The position numbers and the translations under genes were made by a program. Below, piece by piece: positions 16,982-25,396 of a DNA stretch of 64,000 nt. The stretch's first letter is position 1. Every line of letters starts with the position of its first letter. The notes beneath the pieces are model-generated. The model was not told where the DNA came from, ran no database searches, and worked only from the letters and a program-made list of their open reading frames with translations. The stretch is from a virus, in the IMG/VR virus record IMGVR_UViG_3300027896_000011, positions 103,998-167,997 of that record; one strand, given 5' to 3'.

Positions 16982-17221
16982 ATGGCTAACGGAGAAAACG
17001 TGTGTCCAGTGTGTAAGGGGTCTTTGAAGAAGTCGGATGGTAGAGATTGTACTAATTGTGGCGGGCAATATATGTGGGGAAGTCCTGTTGGTGTTGTTAG
17101 ATTACGAAAAGATGGTACCCCATGTACTCATGAATATACCGGAGCGGTATTAGGTAATTGTTTGCGCGGATACTCTTGTATTCATTGCGGGGACGCATAT
17201 GAAATAGATTCTGGAGATTAG
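16982..17221 (+). CDS. Cys-rich Zn-finger phage protein
   Basis: CPVC, CTNC, CTH, CIHC; C-terminal IDSGD. Confidence 0.7.
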   Translation: MANGENVCPVCKGSLKKSDGRDCTNCGGQYMWGSPVGVVRLRKDGTPCTHEYTGAVLGNCLRGYSCIHCGDAYEIDSGD

Positions 17222-17342
17222 GAGCTGTCAGTCAATACAGCACGGTGGCGTATTGCGAGCCGTTATTATCGTGATACTTACTCCGGAGAAAGTTCCGAGG
17301 GATTACCCGGTCGCCTGGGCTTATGTCCGAAGGACTGGGATT

Positions 17343-17414
17343 GGGTTGTTCATCTAGCGGTAAGGATGTCAGTCTCCAAAATTGATCACGGAAGTTCGAG
17401 TCTTCCACAACCCG
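17343..17414 (+). tRNA. tRNA-Trp(CCA)
   Basis: tcagt-ctCCAaa-attga. Confidence 0.85.
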
Positions 17415-17503
17415 CAATCCCCCTCGCCTGGGAACTGGCTCCCCAGGTTCTCTGTGGCGGCATATATTTATTAGAACCGTCGGAGATTGGAAGAGGGGGT
17501 GTT

Positions 17504-17586
17504 GGATGGTGAATCCGTCAGGGACGAAACCTGTCTTGAAAACAGTGTGAGCCTTATGGCTTGAGTTTCGAGTACTCCGCCATCCT
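17504..17586 (+). tRNA. tRNA-Ser(TGA)
   Basis: Loop ctTGAaa; long variable arm. Confidence 0.75.
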
Positions 17587-17616
17587 CGAGTGTAAATAGA
17601 AAGGAAAACACGAAAT

Positions 17617-18138
17617 ATGTGGCAAAAGATTAGAAGGCATCTACCGAACTGGCTAAAACAAACACTCTATTGGTTGAGGACACGTACGTACAACAAATAC
17701 CATCTACTTGATTGCCGGAGTAAACAAAATGGATATACATGGGGTTGGCAAGACATATGTAGCCGGATAGTATTTGCTAATATGAATATGCTTAAGCTAT
17801 ATGTTGAGCACGAAGCAGATCATATTGATTGGACATCTGATCCAGAACACATACACGCCCGAGCAGAGATGGAAGAGTTATATCAGTGGTGGATGAGAGG
17901 TAGAAAGATTGAACATGATGCATACGATGCATTAATAAACAAAACCTATGGGTTTGAAGGCTGCACTAAGTTAGTATCAGCTAAGGATGGTTTGCAGGGT
18001 CTAGTATTTACTAAGCGTGGAGATTCTGCGTGGGAGGCAGATTGTGATGCTTGTAGTGAGGCGGAAAAAGCATTGACTCAAAAAGATGAGGATATGCTGA
18101 TCAGACTCATTAAGATCAAAAATTATTTGTGGTCATAA
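17617..18138 (+). CDS. conserved phage hypothetical protein
   Basis: 173-aa ORF; ELYQWW and LIRLIKIKNYLWS motifs. Confidence 0.75.
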   Translation: MWQKIRRHLPNWLKQTLYWLRTRTYNKYHLLDCRSKQNGYTWGWQDICSRIVFANMNMLKLYVEHEADHIDWTSDPEHIHARAEMEELYQWWMRGRKIEHDAYDALINKTYGFEGCTKLVSAKDGLQGLVFTKRGDSAWEADCDACSEAEKALTQKDEDMLIRLIKIKNYLWS

Positions 18139-18164
18139 GGCATAGCTGGGCTTCCCCCAGCTAC

Positions 18165-18252
18165 GGAGAGTTGCCGGAGTTTGGTAAGCGGGTCAGGTTG
18201 CTAACCTGAAGCCAACCGAAAGGTTGCAAATGTTCGATTCATTTACTCTCTT
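18165..18252 (+). tRNA. tRNA-Ser(GCT)
   Basis: tcagg-ttGCTaa-cctga; long variable arm. Confidence 0.85.
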
Positions 18253-18345
18253 CAACGGCTTCCCAGCCCTGCGTTGTGGCGGGGCCTCCCACCCTCTCAG
18301 AGGGATGGCAAAGTACACGCCGGGAAAATGGTAAGGGAAGTCTCT

Positions 18346-18416
18346 GGTTACGTCGGCAAGTGGTAAGCCTCCAGTCTGCAAAACTGGCATCGTTGGTTCA
18401 ATTCCAACCGTAACCT
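18346..18416 (+). tRNA. tRNA-Cys(GCA)
   Basis: ccagt-ctGCAaa-actgg; U73. Confidence 0.9.
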
Positions 18417-18430
18417 CGAGCCATACTTAT

Positions 18431-18502
18431 GAGAGAGTGGTGGAAATCTTGGTCCATAACAGGTCGCTCCTGTGATGTCGGTATCAAATCCGACCTCTCT
18501 CT
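18431..18502 (+). ncRNA. tRNA-like RNA with a 5-nt loop in place of the anticodon loop
   Basis: gagagag/ctctctc acceptor; T arm gtcgg/ccgac; acagg-tcgct-cctgt. Confidence 0.55.
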
Positions 18503-18526
18503 TCAATTTGAACAAAAGGAGGAACG

Positions 18527-20041
18527 GTGCACCTTACTGCATGTATGCTCGTCCGGAATGAAGAAAGTATAATAGAGGAGAACATTTTCTTTCATAGAAG
18601 GATGGGTGTTGATCGGTTCTTAATTATGAACCACATCTCTACTGACAATACTCTTTCTATTCTTAACCGGCTTAAAGAAGAGGGCGTAGATATTGTTGTA
18701 TACGAACAAAATAGCCCAAAGTATCTTCAAGCAGAGTGGATGTCTTTTCTCTCTCAAGAAGCACATCGACTTGGTACTGATTGGGTAATTATGATTGATG
18801 CTGATGAATTCTTTTTGCCAAAGAAGCCAACCATTAAGGATTACTTAGCGTCAGTCCCGGAATGTATAGATGTTATCCAGTGTCTTTGGTATAACAACTT
18901 TCCGGTTAAAGGAGTAACACCATTCTATTTGAATACCTATTTCGTTCCCTATCTTTACATGTATAAAGTCATTATGAGGGCAAGTCCCAATAGTGGGGTG
19001 GTTATGGGTAATCATGCTCCTACACATACTGATAGATGTGTAAGAGAACATGATGCACTTAGGGTGATGCATTTTCAGCATCGGGATAAGGCCAGTGTAT
19101 ATGGTAAATATGTTTTAGGAGGGGAGGCTCTGGTAAATTCTAATTTACCTGCTGGTGTAGGTTCTCATTGGAGAGACGGACTTGAAGCTTTTCGGAAAGG
19201 TAAGTTTGAAGAGTTTACAGATTACTTTTTCCATTCTGAGGAGGAGGTACAGGCAGTACCTAGAGTTATTGAGGATGGAACATTAAAGAGGTTGTTTCAG
19301 CATAGAAGCAATCATACTACTAAGTGGTTAGAGATCACATCAATGGTAGGTTGTACCAATAGATGTACGTATTGCCCACAGTCTTTATTTACGGCTAAGT
19401 ACCATAAGATGTATTTAGGGACAGCTTGTACTATGAGCCCAGAGGGACTTTCTTCTATACTAGATAATGTAGACCCTATCACTACTGCTATACATTTTTC
19501 AGGGTTTAATGAGATATTTGCTCATCCTGAAGGGCATGAGCTTATTGCCTTTACCTATGAGCGGGGATTTGATATAGCGCTGTTTTCTACTCTAGTAGGG
19601 TTAACTGAAGATAAGGTTGCGTTTCTAGCTGATAGAGGGGTGGAGTTTTCTTGGGTCAGGCTTCATGAGTTTGATGGACCTAAGTTCAATAAAGAGGATT
19701 TTGAGGCTAAGGCTAAGTTGTTAAGAGAGTCGGTACGTATAAACCGCTTTGAGTGTCAACGTGTAGAACATCCTATCTCTAGAGGTGGTTCCTTATGGGA
19801 GCCCGGATATAACAATAGAGGAATTACGTGTTCAAGGTTTGATTGTAATGTGGTATTACCTAATGGAGAGGTGTACCTCTGTTGTTCTGATTGGGGCCTT
19901 CGTCATTATATAGGTAACCTTCTTACAGATCACTATGACGGTGACTTATTCACGTCTGTTCGTAATTCTTTGAGAGAACAAGGAAGAACTCCAGGTACAG
20001 ATATGTTGTGTAAGCATTGTGAGATGGCAGTGCCTATTTGA
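18527..20041 (+). CDS. GT2-type glycosyltransferase fused to a radical SAM/SPASM domain
   Basis: MLVRNEE...IDADEF (GT2); GCTNRCTYC; VLPNGEVYLCCSDW...CKHCE. Confidence 0.85.
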   Translation: MHLTACMLVRNEESIIEENIFFHRRMGVDRFLIMNHISTDNTLSILNRLKEEGVDIVVYEQNSPKYLQAEWMSFLSQEAHRLGTDWVIMIDADEFFLPKKPTIKDYLASVPECIDVIQCLWYNNFPVKGVTPFYLNTYFVPYLYMYKVIMRASPNSGVVMGNHAPTHTDRCVREHDALRVMHFQHRDKASVYGKYVLGGEALVNSNLPAGVGSHWRDGLEAFRKGKFEEFTDYFFHSEEEVQAVPRVIEDGTLKRLFQHRSNHTTKWLEITSMVGCTNRCTYCPQSLFTAKYHKMYLGTACTMSPEGLSSILDNVDPITTAIHFSGFNEIFAHPEGHELIAFTYERGFDIALFSTLVGLTEDKVAFLADRGVEFSWVRLHEFDGPKFNKEDFEAKAKLLRESVRINRFECQRVEHPISRGGSLWEPGYNNRGITCSRFDCNVVLPNGEVYLCCSDWGLRHYIGNLLTDHYDGDLFTSVRNSLREQGRTPGTDMLCKHCEMAVPI

Positions 20042-20103
20042 TTTAGATAAACCCTTCTATAGAGGGGTCTGGACAGAGGAAGCTAGCGCCTGTTGTCCAG
20101 TTT

Positions 20104-20175
20104 GCAAAGATGGCAGAATGGTTATGCATCACCTTGCCAAGGTGAATTATGCGGGTTCGAATCCCGTTCTTTGCT
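20104..20175 (+). tRNA. tRNA-Gly(GCC)
   Basis: tcacc-ttGCCaa-ggtga. Confidence 0.9.
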
Positions 20176-20253
20176 CCCGCCACGAGAAATCGTGGATAGT
20201 AGATGCTCCTTCCTACGAGGCCGAAATGGCGAAAGTTATAATGGGAGCAATTT

Positions 20254-20324
20254 GCACCATTGGCCTAGAAGCCGGGCGTCAGCCTTCCAAGCTGAATAGA
20301 CGAGGGCAGTACTCGTATGGTGCT
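20254..20324 (+). tRNA. tRNA-Gly(TCC)
   Basis: tcagc-ctTCCaa-gctga; atypical T-loop. Confidence 0.8.
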
Positions 20325-20421
20325 CTATCTGGATGCTCTTGTTGTTTACGTGTGTGGGCCTTTCAATAAGTTTGTACCTTATTGCTGGGTATTATAAACG
20401 GTCACAGCAAGAGCAATACGT

Positions 20422-20492
20422 GCCGTCATATGTTAATGGTAGACGGTTTCCTCGGTAAGGAAGCGGCGGCAGTTCAATTCTGTCTGACGGCT
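20422..20492 (+). tRNA. tRNA-Thr(GGT), C33
   Basis: tttcc-tcGGTaa-ggaag. Confidence 0.8.
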
Positions 20493-20506
20493 CAAAGGAG
20501 AAACAA

Positions 20507-21610
20507 ATGCTTGAATACGAAGGGAAATATGCCAAGTGTAAAGTAATGACGGATAATATAGAAGAGACGGCTGTAACTCAAATTTATGGATTCCTTAATT
20601 CTCCGGCATTTGAAGGGGCTATTATACGTATAATGCCTGACGTTCATGCAGGTGCCGGAGCAGTAGTAGGATTTACTAGTACGTTAACGGATAAAGTAAT
20701 ACCGAATGTTGTTGGAGTCGATATAGGTTGCGGAATAGAAAGTTATCGTTTAGGTAAGGAGGAAGTGAATTTCTTGGCATTAGATAATTTTATTCGTGCA
20801 ACTATACCTAGTGGATTTAACGTGCATGAAAAGGTTATCCCGCATAGGTACGATGGTTTTGTACAACTTGAGGAGATTACCGAACGAACTGAGCAAGATT
20901 ATGGCAGAGTTTTACGCTCTCTAGGTACTCTTGGGGGAGGTAACCATTTCATAGAATTAGGTGTAGACCAATTTGATGACAAGTGGCTAACTATCCATAC
21001 GGGGTCTAGGAATTTTGGACTCAAGGTCGCCACCTACCATCAGCATATAGCTGAGCTGGCTGTTGGTAAACTAAATGGGCTAGCTTGGTTAGAGGGAACT
21101 ATAGCAAAACAATATCTTTCCGATATGAAAGTGGCTCAAGAGTACGCAGCCCGTAATAGAGAGTATATTGTCGATAGAATTCTACAAGGGTTCTTTGGTA
21201 AGAGTATTGGTTACGTAACTAAAGTAGGAAGTGTGCATAACTACATTGACTTCACGGACAATGTGATACGAAAAGGTGCTATAGCGGCACATGAGCATCA
21301 GTTACTCGTTATCCCCTGGAATATGAGGGATGGGTTAATTATTGGCCGGGGCAAGGGAAATGGGGATTGGAATATGTCTGCCCCTCATGGTGCTGGAAGA
21401 ATAATGGGTAGAGGCGCAGCAAAGAAGACTATTCAGTTAGAGGACTTCCAAGAGTCTATGAAGGGTATTTGGTCTAGTTGCATAAGTAAGGACACATTAG
21501 ACGAGTCACCTATGGTATACAAAAATTCGGAGATGATAAAAGAAGCAATAGCTGATACTGTTGAGATCACAAACGTGGTAAAACCTCTTTACAACTTTAA
21601 GGCAAGTTAA
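20507..21610 (+). CDS. rtcB: RtcB RNA ligase
   Basis: MPDVHAG, VGVDIGCG, LGTLGGGNHFIE, HTGSR, HNY, SAPHGAGR, DESPMVYK. Confidence 0.95.
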   Translation: MLEYEGKYAKCKVMTDNIEETAVTQIYGFLNSPAFEGAIIRIMPDVHAGAGAVVGFTSTLTDKVIPNVVGVDIGCGIESYRLGKEEVNFLALDNFIRATIPSGFNVHEKVIPHRYDGFVQLEEITERTEQDYGRVLRSLGTLGGGNHFIELGVDQFDDKWLTIHTGSRNFGLKVATYHQHIAELAVGKLNGLAWLEGTIAKQYLSDMKVAQEYAARNREYIVDRILQGFFGKSIGYVTKVGSVHNYIDFTDNVIRKGAIAAHEHQLLVIPWNMRDGLIIGRGKGNGDWNMSAPHGAGRIMGRGAAKKTIQLEDFQESMKGIWSSCISKDTLDESPMVYKNSEMIKEAIADTVEITNVVKPLYNFKAS

Positions 21611-21619
21611 GGAACAAAA

Positions 21620-21991
21620 ATGGAGTATGAAAAGACCATACTTAACTACCCAAAATTTCTGAAGAAGATTGGTGTATATATTAAGGTACAGACATATGAT
21701 CGAGACGGAGGGCACAAACACCCCAGGCATAGAATAGAGCTACGGGGAGCTCCGCCTAAGATTACAGAGGAAGCGTTGGCGTTTGAGATGCCTTGTGTAA
21801 CGTGTGGTCGAACCATTAGCCCGTTTAGACTCTGTAAGGGTAACAAAAATGGGTTTATTGAATCCCGGCGAAGTAGTACGGCTGGTGTATACTTCGCGGC
21901 TACCTGTCCACTTAATACATCAATAGGCTGCTCTCGTTCTAAACAAGCGGCGGAAGAATATGAAAGAGTAGTTAAAAAGTATCTAGGATGA
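21620..21991 (+). CDS. hypothetical protein
   Basis: ORF with RBS. Confidence 0.6.
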   Translation: MEYEKTILNYPKFLKKIGVYIKVQTYDRDGGHKHPRHRIELRGAPPKITEEALAFEMPCVTCGRTISPFRLCKGNKNGFIESRRSSTAGVYFAATCPLNTSIGCSRSKQAAEEYERVVKKYLG

Positions 21992-22029
21992 TACAGATGT
22001 GCGTACCCGTGCGTATCTTCACGGGTAAT

Positions 22030-22101
22030 GCTTCTAAAACATTGATGGTGATGTGCCAGTTTCGTAAACTGGAAAATGCCGTTCAAGTCGGCATAGAAGC
22101 T
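22030..22101 (+). tRNA. tRNA-Thr(CGT)
   Basis: ccagt-ttCGTaa-actgg. Confidence 0.85.
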
Positions 22102-22102
22102 C

Positions 22103-22174
22103 TGCGGGTTAGACTAGCGGAACAGTCTCAAGGCTCATACCCTTGCCAGCGCAGTTCAACTCTGCGACCCGCAA
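22103..22174 (+). tRNA. tRNA-Met(CAT), initiator-like
   Basis: caagg-ctCATac-ccttg; tgcgggt/acccgca. Confidence 0.8.
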
Positions 22175-22175
22175 C

Positions 22176-22247
22176 GCTCCTCAAGCATTGGTGGCGATGC
22201 ACGGGTTTTGTAAACCCGAGAGAACAGTTCAACTCTGTTGTGGAGCT
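22176..22247 (+). tRNA. tRNA-Thr(TGT)
   Basis: cgggt-ttTGTaa-acccg. Confidence 0.85.
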
Positions 22248-22251
22248 CTAT

Positions 22252-22323
22252 TCTCGGGTGGCTGACTAGCAAAGCAGCGCACTGTTAATGCGTCATATGC
22301 AGGAGCGTAACCTGCCCCGAGAG
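22252..22323 (+). tRNA. tRNA-Asn(GTT)
   Basis: gcgca-ctGTTaa-tgcgt. Confidence 0.8.
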
Positions 22324-22328
22324 CTTAT

Positions 22329-22403
22329 GCGCTCATAGCTCAGTTGGATCAGAGCAATTGATTTCTAATCAATGGGTCGGGAGTTCGAATCTCTCTGAGC
22401 GTA
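22329..22403 (+). tRNA. tRNA-Arg(TCT)
   Basis: attga-ttTCTaa-tcaat; canonical. Confidence 0.9.
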
Positions 22404-22438
22404 CAATAGAAATAAAAGTAATAAACTTAAGGAGGCAT

Positions 22439-22600
22439 ATGAAGCCGGAAAACGTAATAGATCAAATACACAGTATTATAAAAGAGTGTATTGGTTTTGA
22501 TGTGAAAGATGCCTACGTAAAGGACGGCATTATATACGCAATTATTAACTGTCCATTGCAGTACATCACACTGACGTTTACTTTATCAGAGGATCAATGA
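22439..22600 (+). CDS. hypothetical protein
   Basis: RBS AAGGAGG. Confidence 0.55.
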   Translation: MKPENVIDQIHSIIKECIGFDVKDAYVKDGIIYAIINCPLQYITLTFTLSEDQ

Positions 22601-22788
22601 CAAAACGAGAAATACTAGATCGCATGCGTGCGGTGCTCCCATATTGTGGGGCCTATGATAATGTCAAGACAGATCTGCATAAAATGGCCGAAGTAATAGC
22701 TGAACTATTTGATATGCAAAATGATCGTATTGATGATTTAGAGATAGAGGTGGTGCGACAGAAGGCGAAGCAAAAAGGGGAGACATGA
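22597..22788 (+). CDS. hypothetical protein
   Basis: ATGA-coupled. Confidence 0.6.
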   Translation: MTKREILDRMRAVLPYCGAYDNVKTDLHKMAEVIAELFDMQNDRIDDLEIEVVRQKAKQKGET

Positions 22789-22985
22789 ACAAGAATCACA
22801 CACCACAAATAGCAACCCCGGCAAAGCAGAAGCCGCTAGTGGTCAGGGCTGTTACGTGCGGCATATGTCAGTCACCTGCAGATCGCTACGAATGGGGCTT
22901 CGAGTGTCAAGCAAACCCCAACCATTGCGGGGATCTATACTGTGGTATATTTACTGACCTCACTTATCCGGAGAAAGGTAAGTGA
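22785..22985 (+). CDS. hypothetical Zn-finger protein
   Basis: ATGA-coupled; CGIC. Confidence 0.6.
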   Translation: MNKNHTPQIATPAKQKPLVVRAVTCGICQSPADRYEWGFECQANPNHCGDLYCGIFTDLTYPEKGK

Positions 22986-23018
22986 GAAAACCATGAGGAC
23001 GGCGAAGAAGGTGCGGAC

Positions 23019-23219
23019 ATGGTGACGAAATCTAATATCGCGATTATTGCAATGCAAGTAGGAGAGACGGACCCATTTAGCGGTGCTGCCTTGGAGAAAG
23101 CGGTAATCATGATGAGTTTTTGGTGGGGGAACATGCTGACCGGTGTAACCCTGACCCGCGCTGAAGCAGTAGCAGTGGTAACGCGATTGAGAGAGGCACT
23201 CGAAGAACTGGACAGGTGA
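23019..23219 (+). CDS. hypothetical protein
   Basis: ORF in operon. Confidence 0.5.
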   Translation: MVTKSNIAIIAMQVGETDPFSGAALEKAVIMMSFWWGNMLTGVTLTRAEAVAVVTRLREALEELDR

Positions 23220-23223
23220 AACC

Positions 23224-23568
23224 ATGGATGACACAGAATGGGTCAAGTTGAGATTCGGCAATGACTGGGGCCGCAGATACCTGGCCGTTGAGCCGTTGGA
23301 TACTGGGTGTGCCCACTTTAAGCGCGGCATCGTGGCAAAGGAGGGGGAATCAGTCCTGATACGTTGGCCAGACGGCAACGTGGAACATGCGGTCATCACA
23401 AAGATTATGGAGTTGGCGCCGACAAGCCGCGAAGATGTGGGAAGCAGCTATCCCGAAGTGGTCGTGAATCTGCATGGGGGCCGGATACAGATCCCGCTTA
23501 CCCAGGTGGAGGTGCAGCGCAGTTGGGTAGATGCACACACTCCTGGGCGGATGCAGGTGAAGCCGTGA
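23224..23568 (+). CDS. hypothetical protein
   Basis: ORF in operon. Confidence 0.6.
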   Translation: MDDTEWVKLRFGNDWGRRYLAVEPLDTGCAHFKRGIVAKEGESVLIRWPDGNVEHAVITKIMELAPTSREDVGSSYPEVVVNLHGGRIQIPLTQVEVQRSWVDAHTPGRMQVKP

Positions 23569-23786
23569 AGTGCGCAATTTGTCAGCAAGAGGTAGAGGGG
23601 TATTGGCAGGAGTGTGAAGTGAGTGATGGCCAAGAGTTGCATACCAGTTGCATCGACGGCCGACTACCAGAGCGCGCCGATGTGATCGCATATCTGCGTG
23701 CTTGGCCTATGCGAGCCGGAAGCGGGCTAGCAATTTCAATCGAACGCGGTGATCACGTAGGCGCAGCGGGAAAGGAGAAGCCATGA
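23565..23786 (+). CDS. MKCAIC...IERGDH family protein
   Basis: GTG start; paralog of 822-1055. Confidence 0.75.
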   Translation: MKCAICQQEVEGYWQECEVSDGQELHTSCIDGRLPERADVIAYLRAWPMRAGSGLAISIERGDHVGAAGKEKP

Positions 23787-24022
23787 CGTTCAATAGCTCG
23801 GACGCAGAAATGGACCGGCAAGACGACGCGCACGAACACGGCCGCATAGAAGGCTACCTGGAAGGCCGCAAGAAGGAACGCCAGCTTGTGGTGTATTGGG
23901 TACGCAGGTGGGTAGGCGACGTGGATCCAATAGTGATAGCCCGCATGATCGAAAAGGGCGAGCACGCGGGCGAGGGATTCGGCGATTGCTTCCCAGGGTC
24001 GAAACTGAGGATGAAGCCATGA
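23783..24022 (+). CDS. hypothetical protein with the IEKGEH motif
   Basis: ATGA-coupled; ER..V...IEKGEHAG. Confidence 0.65.
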   Translation: MTFNSSDAEMDRQDDAHEHGRIEGYLEGRKKERQLVVYWVRRWVGDVDPIVIARMIEKGEHAGEGFGDCFPGSKLRMKP

Positions 24023-24225
24023 AGGCGGAGATCACTTTGACAGCAGCCAAGTGTCAAGGGAATAACCATGTATATGGCGAAACCTTCCGGTGTAGGTGTG
24101 GAAAGTATCGCTTGAGCTGGGAAGGGCCTAATGCTCCTTGGTCAATTCAAGCGCTTGAGGAATCATTAGACGGACAGCGACAATGCGTTTGGGTAACCAT
24201 AGGACAGCAGGAGGCAAAGCTATGA
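24019..24225 (+). CDS. hypothetical protein
   Basis: ATGA-coupled. Confidence 0.55.
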   Translation: MKAEITLTAAKCQGNNHVYGETFRCRCGKYRLSWEGPNAPWSIQALEESLDGQRQCVWVTIGQQEAKL

Positions 24226-24449
24226 CCCGCGACACCCGCACCGCCCGCAAGGCAGACGCATTACTGAAAATGACCGCAGCACACTCCGACAGCGCTGAGC
24301 GCGCGAAGATTGCAGCGCCATGTACTCACGATAGAGAACCTCCGGTACGTAGCGATTGGGGGCAGTTGTGTTGCTCTAGGTGCGGACGCTATTTGTTTGA
24401 CGATGATTCCATCTGCAGAGACGTAGTTGACGCCGTGACGGGGGAGTGA
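24222..24449 (+). CDS. hypothetical Zn-finger protein
   Basis: ATGA-coupled; CTH...CSRCG. Confidence 0.55.
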   Translation: MTRDTRTARKADALLKMTAAHSDSAERAKIAAPCTHDREPPVRSDWGQLCCSRCGRYLFDDDSICRDVVDAVTGE

Positions 24450-24453
24450 AGTC

Positions 24454-24645
24454 ATGAAGCGCGCGGACTTCGAGGCGATGCAGAAGCGACTGGCTGATGA
24501 GATTGCCCTAAGCGAGAACGAGCTGCGTTTTCTCAGCAAAGAAATCGACCGCGCTGTGAGGAAGGCGCGGAAGGAAGAGCGAATGCGAGCTTGCAAGTAT
24601 TTGACAGGCGTGAGCCGAGACGCCCGGTTGAAGGATTATCGGTGA
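24454..24645 (+). CDS. hypothetical protein
   Basis: RBS GGGGAG. Confidence 0.55.
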   Translation: MKRADFEAMQKRLADEIALSENELRFLSKEIDRAVRKARKEERMRACKYLTGVSRDARLKDYR

Positions 24646-24668
24646 GCCATGAAAACGAAAGGGAACCA

Positions 24669-24998
24669 ATGACCAAACAGAAGACCGCCAAGAACTACGA
24701 CCCGAAGCCCGGAACCTATGTGATCGTGCGCTGCCGCGATGCTGGCGTCCACGCCGGGGAGTTCGTCGCGCACCCCGCCGATAGAACCGTGGTCCTCAAA
24801 AACTCGCGCCGACTGTGGTACTGGAAAGGGGCCGCGTCGCTGTCAGAGTTGGCAGTGTACGGCGCGAAGGATGTCAGCGCGTGCCGTTTCGGTGTGCTCA
24901 TCACTCCGCCGCTCCCACTGCTGGACGCGTGTGAAATCATCGTGTGCCAACCTGCCGCGAAGGGCATGATCGTGCAGTGCCCGGAATGGCGCGCGTGA
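24669..24998 (+). CDS. DUF6948-like phage protein
   Basis: YVIVRC..AGVHAG...L.NSRRLWYWKGAASLSELA. Confidence 0.8.
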   Translation: MTKQKTAKNYDPKPGTYVIVRCRDAGVHAGEFVAHPADRTVVLKNSRRLWYWKGAASLSELAVYGAKDVSACRFGVLITPPLPLLDACEIIVCQPAAKGMIVQCPEWRA

Positions 24999-25273
24999 TT
25001 CCGGTTGCGTTCCCAAGCGCTGCTACAGTGGCGCGATCCGGTGACGGTGCCGGTTACGGTGCCGGTTACGGTGCCGGTGACGGTGCCGGTTACGGTGCCG
25101 GTGACGGTTACGGTGCCGGTTACGGTGCCGGTGACGGTTACGGTGCCGGTTACGGTTACGGTGCCGGTGACGGTTACGGTGCCGGTTACGGTGCCGGTTA
25201 CGGTGCCGGTGACGGTTACGGTGCCGGTTACGGTGCCGGTTACGGTTACGATGCCGGTTACGGTTACGGTTAG
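24995..25273 (+). CDS. Gly-rich (GYG/GAG/GDG) repeat protein
   Basis: GTGA overlap with the DUF6948-like gene, a usual pairing; hexamer repeat in frame. Confidence 0.65.
   Translation: MIPVAFPSAATVARSGDGAGYGAGYGAGDGAGYGAGDGYGAGYGAGDGYGAGYGYGAGDGYGAGYGAGYGAGDGYGAGYGAGYGYDAGYGYG
25040..25270 (+). repeat. hexamer tandem repeat ggt-(gcc/tac/gac)
   Basis: 6-nt period encoding G-X dipeptides. Confidence 0.9.
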
Positions 25274-25396
25274 CACATGACCGCCGCGCTCTTCGTTGTT
25301 GGCTTAAACGCCGTCGATGATCAGTAACTGAACACTAAATACAGGGTGTCTTTACCCACCGCTGGGGCCTCTTAGGGTAGGAGGCCTCAGCATTAT

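Noticed and set aside
17242-17320. ZTP (pfl) riboswitch suggested by cgcctgggc
   Set aside because: The 5' P1/P2 consensus is not recognisable and no purine or folate gene follows.
20212-20236. Hammerhead ribozyme (ctacgaggccgaaatggcgaaag)
   Set aside because: The CUGANGA core is missing and I could not form stems I and III.
19990-22600. ORF-track entries overlapping tRNAs (20019, 20093, 21988, 5' part of 22358; also 14269, 17232, 18193)
   Set aside because: They coincide with well-formed tRNA genes and lack RBS or protein-like features.
25040-25270. GGT-NNN hexamer repeat as a second guide array
   Set aside because: The period is 6 nt with essentially three variants, in frame as G-Y/A/D dipeptides after a DUF6948-like gene, so protein coding explains it. 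The alternative VTVP/TVTG ORFs are shadows.
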